64,000 bases of DNA from Rickettsiales bacterium (GTDB taxonomy: Bacteria; Pseudomonadota; Alphaproteobacteria; Rickettsiales; Rickettsiaceae): the NCBI GenBank assembly GCA_031414475.1, contig JANNVO010000053.1, positions 641-64,640 of the forward strand, written 5' to 3'. Every line of letters starts with the position of its first letter. Within the stretch, counting starts at the first letter, position 1. A model generated the notes under the pieces. That model made no database searches. It worked only from the letters and a program-made list of their open reading frames with translations, and was not told where the DNA came from. Shown in pieces: positions 47,451 through 56,248 of this stretch. The translations under genes and the position numbers were made by a program.

Positions 47451-47640
47451 CCAATACCGCTTCATAAGTATCCTCGATTTTTTTAGTTGTTTGTTTTTTC
47501 TCTTCCTGCGCTTTAAAATAAGCAAGAAGAGATACTTTAATTAGTTCAGATCTATTGAACCCAGTATTCTCCATACATTCTTCCATCTGAATAGATAATT
47601 CGACGGGAGCAGAAAAAGACATAGTGATAGATTTAGCCAT
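47416..47640 (-). CDS. CopG-like RHH protein upstream of rep
   Basis: SITMSFSAPVEL..NRSELIKVSLLAYF; 74 aa. Confidence 0.7.
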   Translation of the reverse strand: MAKSITMSFSAPVELSIQMEECMENTGFNRSELIKVSLLAYFKAQEEKKQTTKKIEDTYEAVLELKEMVSQLLK

Positions 47641-47695
47641 AACACAAGTAGAAACAATTAAGTTATAATAATTAAATTAGAATTTATTATAATAC

Positions 47696-47712
47696 CTATT
47701 GAGTGTCAATAG
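47696..47712. promoter_or_regulatory. Palindrome overlapping a minus-strand -35 (TTGACA) of the copG-rep promoter
   Basis: CTATTGA-GTG-TCAATAG. Confidence 0.45.
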
Positions 47713-47817
47713 TAAAATTGAAATTTATTTAAGTCTTATTAGGCATACTAAATTACTTATAACCAAGATCCAGCTAAATATACCAGAACTAAGACAATAA
47801 ATTTAGAAAAAAACAAC

Positions 47818-47976
47818 ACATATATACGTGTATATGTGTGTACAGTAATATTTAAACACATATAAACAGAAATACATATATATGTTGATATGTGTTTATG
47901 TGCTAGATAAGTTCCAGTAAACATAACAACCTAACGATATACATATAAGTGTATATACATATATACGTTTATATGT
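47818..47976. repeat. parS-like palindromes ACATATA-N6-TATATGT (47818, 47874, 47957)
   Basis: Two perfect copies and one with a single mismatch upstream of parA; a fourth copy at 49016. Confidence 0.6.
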
Positions 47977-48134
47977 GTATACATAAAACTACAGAACTAT
48001 ATAAATATAAAACTATATAAATATATATATTGATAATAGTATTATTTATCATTAGTATGCTCATATAAGTGATTTAATAGGCAATGTAAATATATCGCAT
48101 AATTAAACAATGCTAATGCAATTGGTGTAAACAA

Positions 48135-48797
48135 ATGAAAAAAACAAAGGTTCTAACTATTGCTAATAGAAAAGGAGGTGCGGGTAAAAGCACCTGTGCT
48201 GCTCATTTATCTCTTATAGCAGCAAGACATGGGTTAAAGACTATACTAATAGATTTAGATCCTCAAAAAACCCTGGAAACATGGTGGAAAAAAAGAGAGG
48301 AAGAAAACCCATTTTTAACTGATATAGATCCTCAAAAAATTGAGGACGTTATAAACAATTTAAATGATCATGATTTTGATTTATGTATCATTGATACTCC
48401 TGGGGATACAAGTATAAATGCAATAAGTGGATTGAAGGTAGCAGATTTAGTATTAATACCATCAAAACCGACAGCACCAGACTTGCAAGCAATAGGCAGA
48501 ACAATTGCTACTATAAAGAACCTTGATAAACCATTTTTGTTTGTTATTACACAGGCGGTTGCTCGAACAAAATTAGCTATGCAAGGTGCTAGCGTCCTCT
48601 CGGAATTTGGAACAGTAGCACCTTCTACTCTAGGTAATAGAGTGGCGTATGCGAATGCAATGCAAGCAGGATCTTCAGCTGCTGATGAAGATAAACTTGC
48701 ATCAGAAGAAATAGATTTAGTGTGGAATTTTATTAGTTCAAGATTATTTGATACAGAGGTAGGTAATGCAAAAGAAAAAGTTCGATTTAACGTCTGA
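48135..48797 (+). CDS. parA: ParA partition ATPase (short, type Ib-like)
   Basis: KGGAGKST deviant Walker A, DLDPQ, IIDTPG; no N-terminal HTH. Confidence 0.92.
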   Translation: MKKTKVLTIANRKGGAGKSTCAAHLSLIAARHGLKTILIDLDPQKTLETWWKKREEENPFLTDIDPQKIEDVINNLNDHDFDLCIIDTPGDTSINAISGLKVADLVLIPSKPTAPDLQAIGRTIATIKNLDKPFLFVITQAVARTKLAMQGASVLSEFGTVAPSTLGNRVAYANAMQAGSSAADEDKLASEEIDLVWNFISSRLFDTEVGNAKEKVRFNV

Positions 48798-49005
48798 TAT
48801 AGTAGAAGTTAAATTAGAAGAGAATGAATTAAAAAAACCTATAGCAACGATTGACCGTAACAATAAAAAGAATGTTCTTTTGACTATTGCTGTTGATGCT
48901 GATATGAGAAAAGAGTTTAAAACTTGGTGTGCTAGAAATGGTTTAAAGATGAATGAAGCTTTTATTAAAGGCTTTAATCTTCTTAAAAAGCAGGATTATA
49001 TGTAA
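48766..49005 (+). CDS. Small putative centromere-binding partner (RHH-like)
   Basis: 79 aa overlapping parA; VLLTIAVDADMRKEFKTWCARNGLKMNE. Confidence 0.7.
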   Translation: MQKKKFDLTSDIVEVKLEENELKKPIATIDRNNKKNVLLTIAVDADMRKEFKTWCARNGLKMNEAFIKGFNLLKKQDYM

Positions 49006-49010
49006 ATATA

Positions 49011-49040
49011 TGTACACATATATATGTATATATGTGTACA
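49011..49040. repeat. 30-bp palindrome containing the parS-like motif
   Basis: TGTACACATATATA-TG-TATATATGTGTACA, just after the partner stop codon. Confidence 0.7.
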
Positions 49041-49236
49041 CAGAAAGCTGTTAAAGCCGCGCGGTAATATTCTTGTCTAAATACTTATACACACTTGCAA
49101 ACAGATAAATATATACAGGTATATTTATAAACAGATATACATAAATACATACATAATATAATTATTTTTTTCTTCAGAAGTTAGGAGAGTAGGGCGGTAT
49201 TTAATATTTCAGGTAATAAATATAAGCTTAGTAGTG

Positions 49237-49438
49237 GGTTCTGTCGCATCTGTTGTTTAAGATATAGAGAATCTGGTATAAGGGGAGAAAATAATTAGCA
49301 TAATACCACTCCGTATTTCTCCGAAATTACTCAAATCTTTCAAGGGATTTTGCTCTTCCCCAGAAATCATCATGCTCTTTGTCTATATGAAATGTAGATT
49401 TTCTTTAAGTTACAGAGATTTATAGATACGACAGAACC
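49237..49438. mobile_element. 202-bp MITE-like element
   Basis: 15-bp terminal IRs GGTTCTGTCGCATCT and AGATACGACAGAACC (14/15); IS6/IS431-like termini; no transposase, no TSD seen. Confidence 0.55.
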
Positions 49439-49454
49439 TGCAACAGTACACTTA

Positions 49455-49531
49455 AATATTCATAGAGTAAGTCAATATTCATAGAGTAAGTTAATGATTT
49501 GTGGAGTAAATTAATATCTATGGAGTAAATT
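49455..49531 (+). repeat. Four tandem 19-20 bp repeats just upstream of the autotransporter
   Basis: AATATTCATAGAGTAAGTC / AATATTCATAGAGTAAGTT / AATGATTTGTGGAGTAAATT / AATATCTATGGAGTAAATT. Confidence 0.8.
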
Positions 49532-49553
49532 AATATTTATTTAACCTAACTGT

Positions 49554-52500
49554 ATGGAAAGTGGCAGAAAAAAGTTTTTTAAAAATTTACTAACAATAGC
49601 ATTAACCATTACAGTAATCACTGGTGCAACTAGTGCAATGGGTGGCACAGTTAATGTTGGTGGCGACGTTGTTGCTCTGCGGGTTGGCGGCAGTGACAAT
49701 TTAGGAGATAAATTCCAGGACGGCGACGATCTACTCCTCACAGGAGCTTTTAATATTACCACAGGTGGTGATGTCACACTGGGAGCCCCAGGTGTTACTA
49801 TTGGTGCTTTTACTGGACAAACATTTACCATTAGGCATGTTGTAAACTACCCAGCTGCTCCATTAGAAATGAACGTGAATGTTACAGATAATAAAGGGGG
49901 TAGTAGACTGGTTGGTACTGATGCTACTCATATTACAGGTACGGTGACCGTGGACGCTGCTAATGGCGGAGGAGCTACAGTTGTAGGAAATGTAAGCGAA
50001 CTAGTAAATCTAGTCAATGGTATGCTTACAATGGGTAATGCTGCTACAAATGTTGTTGTTCAGGGAGGCGAGCTTACCGAAGTTGGTACTATTGGTAAGA
50101 GTTTGATCCTAAAAGGCGGTACTGTGGTTAAGTTTGGCGATGTTGCTAGCGATCTATATGTTAGTGGCGGTGGTATCGTTACTGGCATTGGAGGAGCGGG
50201 CAATATTGGTGGTGATGTCATACTGGGAGAAGAGGCTGGAAATGTAAAGATTGGTAATGCAGCAGCGGCAGTCAGTGTTGCAGGAGGCACTCTTGACGAA
50301 GTTGGTACTATTGGTACGAATTTGACCCTAACGGGCGGTACTGTAGTTAAATTTGGCGATGTTACTGGCAATCTAGATGTTAGTAATGGTGGTATCGTTA
50401 CTGGCGTTGGAGGAGCAGGCAATATTGGTGGTGATGTCACACTGGCAGAAGATGCTGGAAATGTAACAATTGGTAATGTTAATGGAGGCGTGACTGTTTC
50501 AGGAGGTACTCTTGACGAAGTTGGTACTATTGGGACGAATTTGGCCCTAAAAGGCGGTACTGTAGTTAAGTTTGGCGATGTTACTGGCAATCTAGATGTT
50601 AGTGGCGGTGGTATCGTTACTGGCATTGGAGGAGCAGGCAATATTGGTGGTGATGTCACACTGGCAGAAGATGCTGGAAATGTAACAATTGGTAATGTTA
50701 ATGGAGCAGTTAGCGTTGCGGGTGGTGGGTTAACAATGGGTAATGCAGTAGCGGCAGTCAGTGTTGCAGGTGGTGGGTTAACAATGGGTAATGCTACTGC
50801 AGCGGTTAGCGTTTCAGGAGGTACTCTTACCGAAGTTGGTACTATTGGGACGAATTTGACCCTAACTGGCGGTACTGTAGTTAAGTTTGGCGATGTTACT
50901 GGCAATCTAGATGTTAGTGGCGGTGGTATCGTTACTGGCGTTGGAGGAGCGGGCAATATTGGTGGTACAGTGATTCTTCAAGCTGGTGCTGGAAATGTCA
51001 AGATTGGTAATGCAGCAGCGGCAGTTAGCGTTGCGGGTGGTACTCTTACCGAAGTTGGTACTATTGGGACGAATTTGACCCTAACTGGCGGTACTGTGGT
51101 TAAGTTTGGTGATGTTACTGGCAATCTAGATGTTAGTGGCGGTGGTATCGTTACTGGCGTTGGAGGAGCAGGCAATATTGGTGGTACAGTGATTCATCAA
51201 GCTGGAGCTGGAAATGTCAAGATTGGTAATGCAGCAGCGGCAGTCAGCGTTGCGGGTGGTGGGTTAACAATGGGTAATGCTACTGCAGCGGTTAGCGTTT
51301 CAGGAGGTACGCTTACCGAGGTTGGTGCTATTGGTACGAATTTGACCCTAACTGGTGGTACTGTAGTTAAATTTGGCGATGTTACTGGTAATCTAGATGT
51401 TAGTAATGGTGGTGCCGTTACTGGCGTTGGAGGAGCGGGCAATATTGGTGGTACAGTGATTCTTCAAGCTGGTGCTGGAAATGTAAAGATTGGTAATGCT
51501 ACTGGAGCAGTCAGTGTTTCAGGAGGTGGGTTAACTGCAAACAATATTGGTGGTGCTGTAACACTTGCAAACTCTGGTATATTAAGGGTTAACGGTAATA
51601 TCACTGGTGCTACAAATGGCAATGGTAGATTAGTCTTAAATGGCAATAATGTTCTTGCCCAAACAGTCGAGAATGTAGGCAATCTTGTTGCTGTAACTAA
51701 TATTGATTTAGCCGGCAAAGATGTTACATTTAAGGGGGCCATAAACGGTGCCAACCTAGATTTCACGACTGCTGAAAGTAACATTGTTGTCACAACGACA
51801 GGTGTTGATTTAGCCGGGACAAATATTGCGAAAACAGGGGTGGGCGCGACGCAAACTCTAATCGTAGATGTCAACCAAACCCTGATAGGAAATATTGCGA
51901 ATTTCGGTAAGTTGCACATAAGTGGCAACAAAACTGTGAATATAACTACGGCAAATTTTGCGGCTAATATAACAACCAAAACACCCAGCCAGGGAGTTGT
52001 TAATTTTAACACTGTTGGGGCAGATGTTATCTCGATCGGCGGCGTGGGGGCTAGGTTAAAAGAATTGAACTTTAATGTGGCTAAGACTGTTGGCGCTGTT
52101 TATGCAGATGATATATCAATTCTAAACAATGGGAATGCGACATTTACTGACGTAATCGATGCAAACCAAATTAAATTTGCAACCGCTGCCGCATCCACAG
52201 CTAATTTTGGTGCTCGAGATTTAACGGCGCAACTAGTTTCAAATGGTGGCACTGGTAAAGGTATTGCCAACTTTGAAGGCACTGGTATCAAAGCTGATGT
52301 TGGAGCTGTTGGTGCTCGCCTTGCGCAAGCGAACTTTAAAGTTGCTCTAGTATCGGTAATAAATGCTAATGTTTATGCGGATGCGATCAATGTTAACGGC
52401 ACAATCAATCTGACAAAAGCTGCGACTTTTGATGGGGCAGCTACCATTAATGGAGCAAAAATTATCCTTGGCACACATCAGTTGACACTGACTAATGGCG

Positions 52501-54128
52501 ATGTTTCATTGAATGGGGCTTCGACTATGACCACGACAATAAGTGGAGTGGATTTAGGGAACTTGGCTGCCGGTGCTGGAAGTAATATTACTTTGAACGG
52601 TACATTAGCTATTGAAGTTGATGGTTTGGCTTTTGTTCCAATTAATCAGCATAAGGTCCCTTTAATTAAGAACAATGGCGGCACATTAAATCTTAACCTT
52701 CTTAAGATCGTGGTAACTAAGAATGGCGGAGCTTTTGTCAAGTGGAGAAATGAAATAGCAGCTGATGGTAGTTTAACACTAACCAATGAAACTCAAATAG
52801 CTTCGGTTATAAGTAATGCTGCAGCAAGCCAAGGTTCAAGTAATGTAGTTACACAAAAAATAGCGAAAGCATTTGAAAATTTTGTGCCAGGAACGCAGGG
52901 AAATAATGTTATAAATGTTTTGAACACGCTCGTACTGCCTGATGGTGCTATCGATGAGGTTGCTATAGCAGATGCGGTCTCAAGATTGTCAAATATTACA
53001 GCTAATGTAGAAGCATTTGATACTTTTAAAAGTGTGTCAGCAATGGGAAGGCACATCAACGCAAGGTTATTTGATGTAGTACCGCTTGCCCCGGTACCTG
53101 ATATTTCAGGAGTAGGCCAAATTCAGGGAACAACTACTAGTGAGAATTTATCAAATATTGGGGAGAGCCGTACTACTTCTAGTGCATCTACTGGCAGTGA
53201 AAATACGAATTTAGAAGCACCAAAAGCTACATCTACAAAAGTAGCTGCTAATGAACTTTCTGGTATTGCAGCCGGTGACGAGTATGATCGCTATGGAATC
53301 TGGGCAACTCCATTCTATTCTAAAAGCACTCAGAAGATGAGTGGAAAGTCTGCTGGGTATAAGTCAGATGGCTCTGGTGGAACATTTGGTTTTGATACCA
53401 GAGCCAATGAGGACATGATTGTTGGTTTAGCCATGACGGTGATGGACACTGACATTAAGCACAAAGATTACAAATCTGGTGATAAGACCAAAGTTGGGAC
53501 AACCTTATTTTCAGCATATACCAACTATCAATTCGGGAATAACTGGTTTGGACAAGGAGTATTCAGTGTTGGTTCAAGTAAAGTAAAAAACAAAGAACAG
53601 CGTAGGATCTCAACAACTGCTTACAGCATTGCCTCAAGTGAGTATAGATCGATGACCTTTGCCAGTGAGCTTATGGGTGGATACAATTATCTGGCGAATA
53701 ATCAGCTCGTGCTTACACCGATGTTTGGTTTAGGATATAGCCGAATTAACGGTAATAGCTATCAAGAAACAGGAAGTGGTCCGCAGCTGCTGAGAGTGAC
53801 TAAGCAAGCTTCTCAGAAAGTTGAGCTTGTTGGGGCTATACGAGTAACTGGTCGGCCATTTATAGTGGCGCAAGTTTCTCTTACTCCAGAGATTCATGGA
53901 TCTGTTCGTCACGACGTGGTTGGCAAGGGCGCAAGAGTTGATATAAAGCTACCTGGTCTTCCTGGATTACCAAGTAGCAAGGAAAAGCCACAAAAAACAT
54001 ATTATAATCTTGGTGCTAGCTTAAAAGCTAGTTACGGTAGGGTGGATTATGGAGTGGCTGTGGACACAAGTTTTGCTAAGAAATATCTTGGTGTGAATGG
54101 CTCGGTTAATGTACGTATCAATTTCTAA
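49554..54128 (+). CDS. Sca/rOmpA-like autotransporter
   Basis: Signal peptide, Gly/Val/Thr-rich passenger repeats, 'GIAAGDE..GIWATPFY' barrel start, terminal VRINF; 1524 aa. Confidence 0.92.
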   Translation: MESGRKKFFKNLLTIALTITVITGATSAMGGTVNVGGDVVALRVGGSDNLGDKFQDGDDLLLTGAFNITTGGDVTLGAPGVTIGAFTGQTFTIRHVVNYPAAPLEMNVNVTDNKGGSRLVGTDATHITGTVTVDAANGGGATVVGNVSELVNLVNGMLTMGNAATNVVVQGGELTEVGTIGKSLILKGGTVVKFGDVASDLYVSGGGIVTGIGGAGNIGGDVILGEEAGNVKIGNAAAAVSVAGGTLDEVGTIGTNLTLTGGTVVKFGDVTGNLDVSNGGIVTGVGGAGNIGGDVTLAEDAGNVTIGNVNGGVTVSGGTLDEVGTIGTNLALKGGTVVKFGDVTGNLDVSGGGIVTGIGGAGNIGGDVTLAEDAGNVTIGNVNGAVSVAGGGLTMGNAVAAVSVAGGGLTMGNATAAVSVSGGTLTEVGTIGTNLTLTGGTVVKFGDVTGNLDVSGGGIVTGVGGAGNIGGTVILQAGAGNVKIGNAAAAVSVAGGTLTEVGTIGTNLTLTGGTVVKFGDVTGNLDVSGGGIVTGVGGAGNIGGTVIHQAGAGNVKIGNAAAAVSVAGGGLTMGNATAAVSVSGGTLTEVGAIGTNLTLTGGTVVKFGDVTGNLDVSNGGAVTGVGGAGNIGGTVILQAGAGNVKIGNATGAVSVSGGGLTANNIGGAVTLANSGILRVNGNITGATNGNGRLVLNGNNVLAQTVENVGNLVAVTNIDLAGKDVTFKGAINGANLDFTTAESNIVVTTTGVDLAGTNIAKTGVGATQTLIVDVNQTLIGNIANFGKLHISGNKTVNITTANFAANITTKTPSQGVVNFNTVGADVISIGGVGARLKELNFNVAKTVGAVYADDISILNNGNATFTDVIDANQIKFATAAASTANFGARDLTAQLVSNGGTGKGIANFEGTGIKADVGAVGARLAQANFKVALVSVINANVYADAINVNGTINLTKAATFDGAATINGAKIILGTHQLTLTNGDVSLNGASTMTTTISGVDLGNLAAGAGSNITLNGTLAIEVDGLAFVPINQHKVPLIKNNGGTLNLNLLKIVVTKNGGAFVKWRNEIAADGSLTLTNETQIASVISNAAASQGSSNVVTQKIAKAFENFVPGTQGNNVINVLNTLVLPDGAIDEVAIADAVSRLSNITANVEAFDTFKSVSAMGRHINARLFDVVPLAPVPDISGVGQIQGTTTSENLSNIGESRTTSSASTGSENTNLEAPKATSTKVAANELSGIAAGDEYDRYGIWATPFYSKSTQKMSGKSAGYKSDGSGGTFGFDTRANEDMIVGLAMTVMDTDIKHKDYKSGDKTKVGTTLFSAYTNYQFGNNWFGQGVFSVGSSKVKNKEQRRISTTAYSIASSEYRSMTFASELMGGYNYLANNQLVLTPMFGLGYSRINGNSYQETGSGPQLLRVTKQASQKVELVGAIRVTGRPFIVAQVSLTPEIHGSVRHDVVGKGARVDIKLPGLPGLPSSKEKPQKTYYNLGASLKASYGRVDYGVAVDTSFAKKYLGVNGSVNVRINF
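50064..51521 (+). repeat. Passenger repeat array: six 73-aa units plus three 16-aa inserts
   Basis: 6x219 + 3x48 = 1458 bp, matching the span exactly. Confidence 0.92.
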
Positions 54129-54186
54129 TTAGTGCCTGAATGAAAACCCAAGAAACCATATAAACTATAGTATTTAAGGTTATTTT

Positions 54187-54205
54187 GGCATCGTCAAGTT
54201 AAGTG
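54187..54205 (+). mobile_element. Orphan IS6-family left end
   Basis: GGCATCGTCAAGTTAAGTG. Confidence 0.75.
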
Positions 54206-54358
54206 TGTAGGGAATAAGTCAAGTTTATTCTTTTTTCCGATACTTTAGATTAACTTACCTCAGCTTTGTTGACTTCTCCTACAAACTAGCTTGTCCAAAT
54301 ATTCTATTATTAAAAACTGTTGACAATAGGCACACAATTTTGATATCTTGAGAGAATT

Positions 54359-54530
54359 ATGGCATATTATTATGAATTTAATCCGGAAAAGAATATATGT
54401 AGTTGACGTTGATGGTTATTGTTACTTAATTCCATATATTAAAAATGGTAAGCAAATATTTTTAAAAACTATTATTCCAAGTAGGAAAGCAACAAAACAA
54501 TATTTTTTAGAAGCAAAAAACGAGAGGATT
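54359..54530 (+). pseudogene. Internally deleted BrnT/DUF497-like toxin
   Basis: MAYYYEFNPEKN start in one frame jumps to RIYVVDVDGYCYLIPY..FLKTIIPSRKATKQY in another. Confidence 0.7.
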
Positions 54531-54821
54531 ATGATGGAAAATTATAAATTATCAAAAGAAGAAAAAGAGATTTTAAAATCATTTGAAAATTCAGAAATTA
54601 ATCATGGTACTAATAAAAATGATAATTTTATGAAGGAAAAACAAATAGCTATGCAAGCGGCTGAGAGTTTTACAAAAAAAAGTGAGCGTATAAATATTAG
54701 GCTTACACCTTATGATTTAGATCACATCAAACGCATAGCTGCAAAAGAAGGTATGCCGTACCAGACATTGATATCTAGTATTTTACATAAATATGCAGCA
54801 GGTTATTTAAGGGTTAGCTAA
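54531..54821 (+). CDS. BrnA/CopG-like antitoxin
   Basis: GAGAGG RBS; KSERINIRL..IKRIAAKEGMPYQTLISSILHKY. Confidence 0.85.
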   Translation: MMENYKLSKEEKEILKSFENSEINHGTNKNDNFMKEKQIAMQAAESFTKKSERINIRLTPYDLDHIKRIAAKEGMPYQTLISSILHKYAAGYLRVS

Positions 54822-54847
54822 CTCCTTGATAGATTAAAATTACTTAT

Positions 54848-54966
54848 CTGGAAGCTGCTCGCTCTAGGGGGAAAAGAGGAGGGCGTAAAAAGATAGAGAA
54901 TACAAACCCGAAGTCTTAATTGCTAAGAAGATGCATAAAGATCATGGCACTGAATTAGGTGATTAA
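54848..54966 (+). pseudogene. Serine resolvase fragment (hinge and start of HTH)
   Basis: LEAARSRGKRGGRKK matches LEAARSRGRQGGRP of tnpR; frameshifted. Confidence 0.65.
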
Positions 54967-55004
54967 TCCCGTCGTGAAAAGAAGAATTTGTGCAACATGG
55001 CACA

Positions 55005-55091
55005 GTCATCCCGGACTTGATGGGCTTCGCATGCCTTTCGGCCCAGGATCTCCTTCCGTTGCCTAAGATACCGTGGCAAGCCCGGTATGAC
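55005..55091. repeat. Rickettsia palindromic element (RPE)-like repeat
   Basis: GTCATCCCGGACTTG ... GATACCGTGGCAAGCCCGGTATGAC; terminal arms 13/15 complementary. Confidence 0.7.
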
Positions 55092-55119
55092 TACTACGCT
55101 GTCATCCTGAATTCCTCTA

Positions 55120-55140
55120 ATGTACATATAATATGTACAT
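55120..55140. promoter_or_regulatory. Orphan operator-like palindrome
   Basis: ATGTACATA-TAA-TATGTACAT; TGTACA half-sites as in some TA operators; no cognate gene follows. Confidence 0.35.
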
Positions 55141-55214
55141 AACTACGTCAAGTGCTAAGTTAGTGCAAGGAAAGTTTTTTACCTAATTATTAAGGAAATA
55201 GGTGCTGTTTTCAA

Positions 55215-55559
55215 CTAACACTCCTCAAAACCATCGACTTCATAAAGTCCCGAACAAATAATAGGATTATCAACAAACCTTATTTTTGTATCCGAAACTT
55301 CATCTATTATTTCTTGATTATTCGAGAGGGAGGCGTAATTTAAGGCTGTCATATTATCATTATCGTGAGCATTCATAGCGCGGTCGCTAAGTTTATAGCA
55401 TAACACCTTGGTTAAAACCAAATTATTTTTGATCACTGCCCAATGTAAAATATTTTTGCCAGTATCATCAACTTGGTCTAAATTTTCAGAGTTAAAGGTT
55501 GCTAGTTCATTTAGCGCTTTTTTGGCTTCATTATTTTTTACTGAATCTATTAGCTTCAT
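55215..55559 (-). CDS. Short ankyrin repeat protein
   Basis: GKNILHWAV and NMTALNYAS; 114 aa. Confidence 0.8.
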   Translation of the reverse strand: MKLIDSVKNNEAKKALNELATFNSENLDQVDDTGKNILHWAVIKNNLVLTKVLCYKLSDRAMNAHDNDNMTALNYASLSNNQEIIDEVSDTKIRFVDNPIICSGLYEVDGFEEC

Positions 55560-55674
55560 ATTTTCTCTATAAATGATTAAGAAGTACCTTATATAGAATA
55601 AATAACGAATTGTCTACCTCAGATTTAACATATTTGAATATATACAATTATCTGATTAGTTTACTAAATACTTT

Positions 55675-56238
55675 TTAAATACTGACAACCCTCAAATATT
55701 TATAGAGAGTTTCTCGGCTGATACCGAATTCTTTGGCAAGTTCAGATTTGTTATTGCCAAGTTCAACTTGTCTTTTAAGTAGTATAATTTGCTCGGTGGA
55801 TAGAGAAGCTTTTCTGCCCTTATAAGCACCACGTTTTTTGGCAAGCTCTATGCCTTCCATTTGACGTTCCTTGATTAAAGTGCGTTCGAATTCTGCAAAT
55901 GCACCCATGACTGAAAGGAGTAGGTTGGACATCGGGGAATCTTCACCGGTAAATTCTAGAGCTTCCTTGATAAATTTAACCTTAACTTGCTTAGCTGTTA
56001 GACCTTTGACGATTTGTCTTAAATCATCAACATTCCGAGCCAGCCTATCCATACTGTGAATAATTACAGTATCGCCATCACGTACATATGCGAGCATTTC
56101 TTGCAAACCTGGTCGAGCGGCAGATTTGCCCGATACTTTATCGGTAAAGCTCCTATCCAATTTTATTCCCTCAAGTTGTCGCTCAAGATTTTGAAGGGTG
56201 GTACTAACTCTGATATAGCCTATATTTTTGCCGGTCAT
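55675..56238 (-). CDS. Serine resolvase/invertase
   Basis: GYIRVST, HSMDRLARN, AEFERTLIKERQMEGI, C-terminal HTH. Confidence 0.93.
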   Translation of the reverse strand: MTGKNIGYIRVSTTLQNLERQLEGIKLDRSFTDKVSGKSAARPGLQEMLAYVRDGDTVIIHSMDRLARNVDDLRQIVKGLTAKQVKVKFIKEALEFTGEDSPMSNLLLSVMGAFAEFERTLIKERQMEGIELAKKRGAYKGRKASLSTEQIILLKRQVELGNNKSELAKEFGISRETLYKYLRVVSI

Positions 56239-56248
56239 TTTTTAAAAT

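Noticed and set aside
49455-49531. Short direct repeats as a CRISPR array
   Set aside because: The repeats are contiguous with no spacers, and there are no cas genes in the window.
50060-52012. Long Pro/Thr-rich minus-strand ORFs (298, 182, 81, 65 aa)
   Set aside because: Antisense shadows of the Gly/Val-rich autotransporter repeats.
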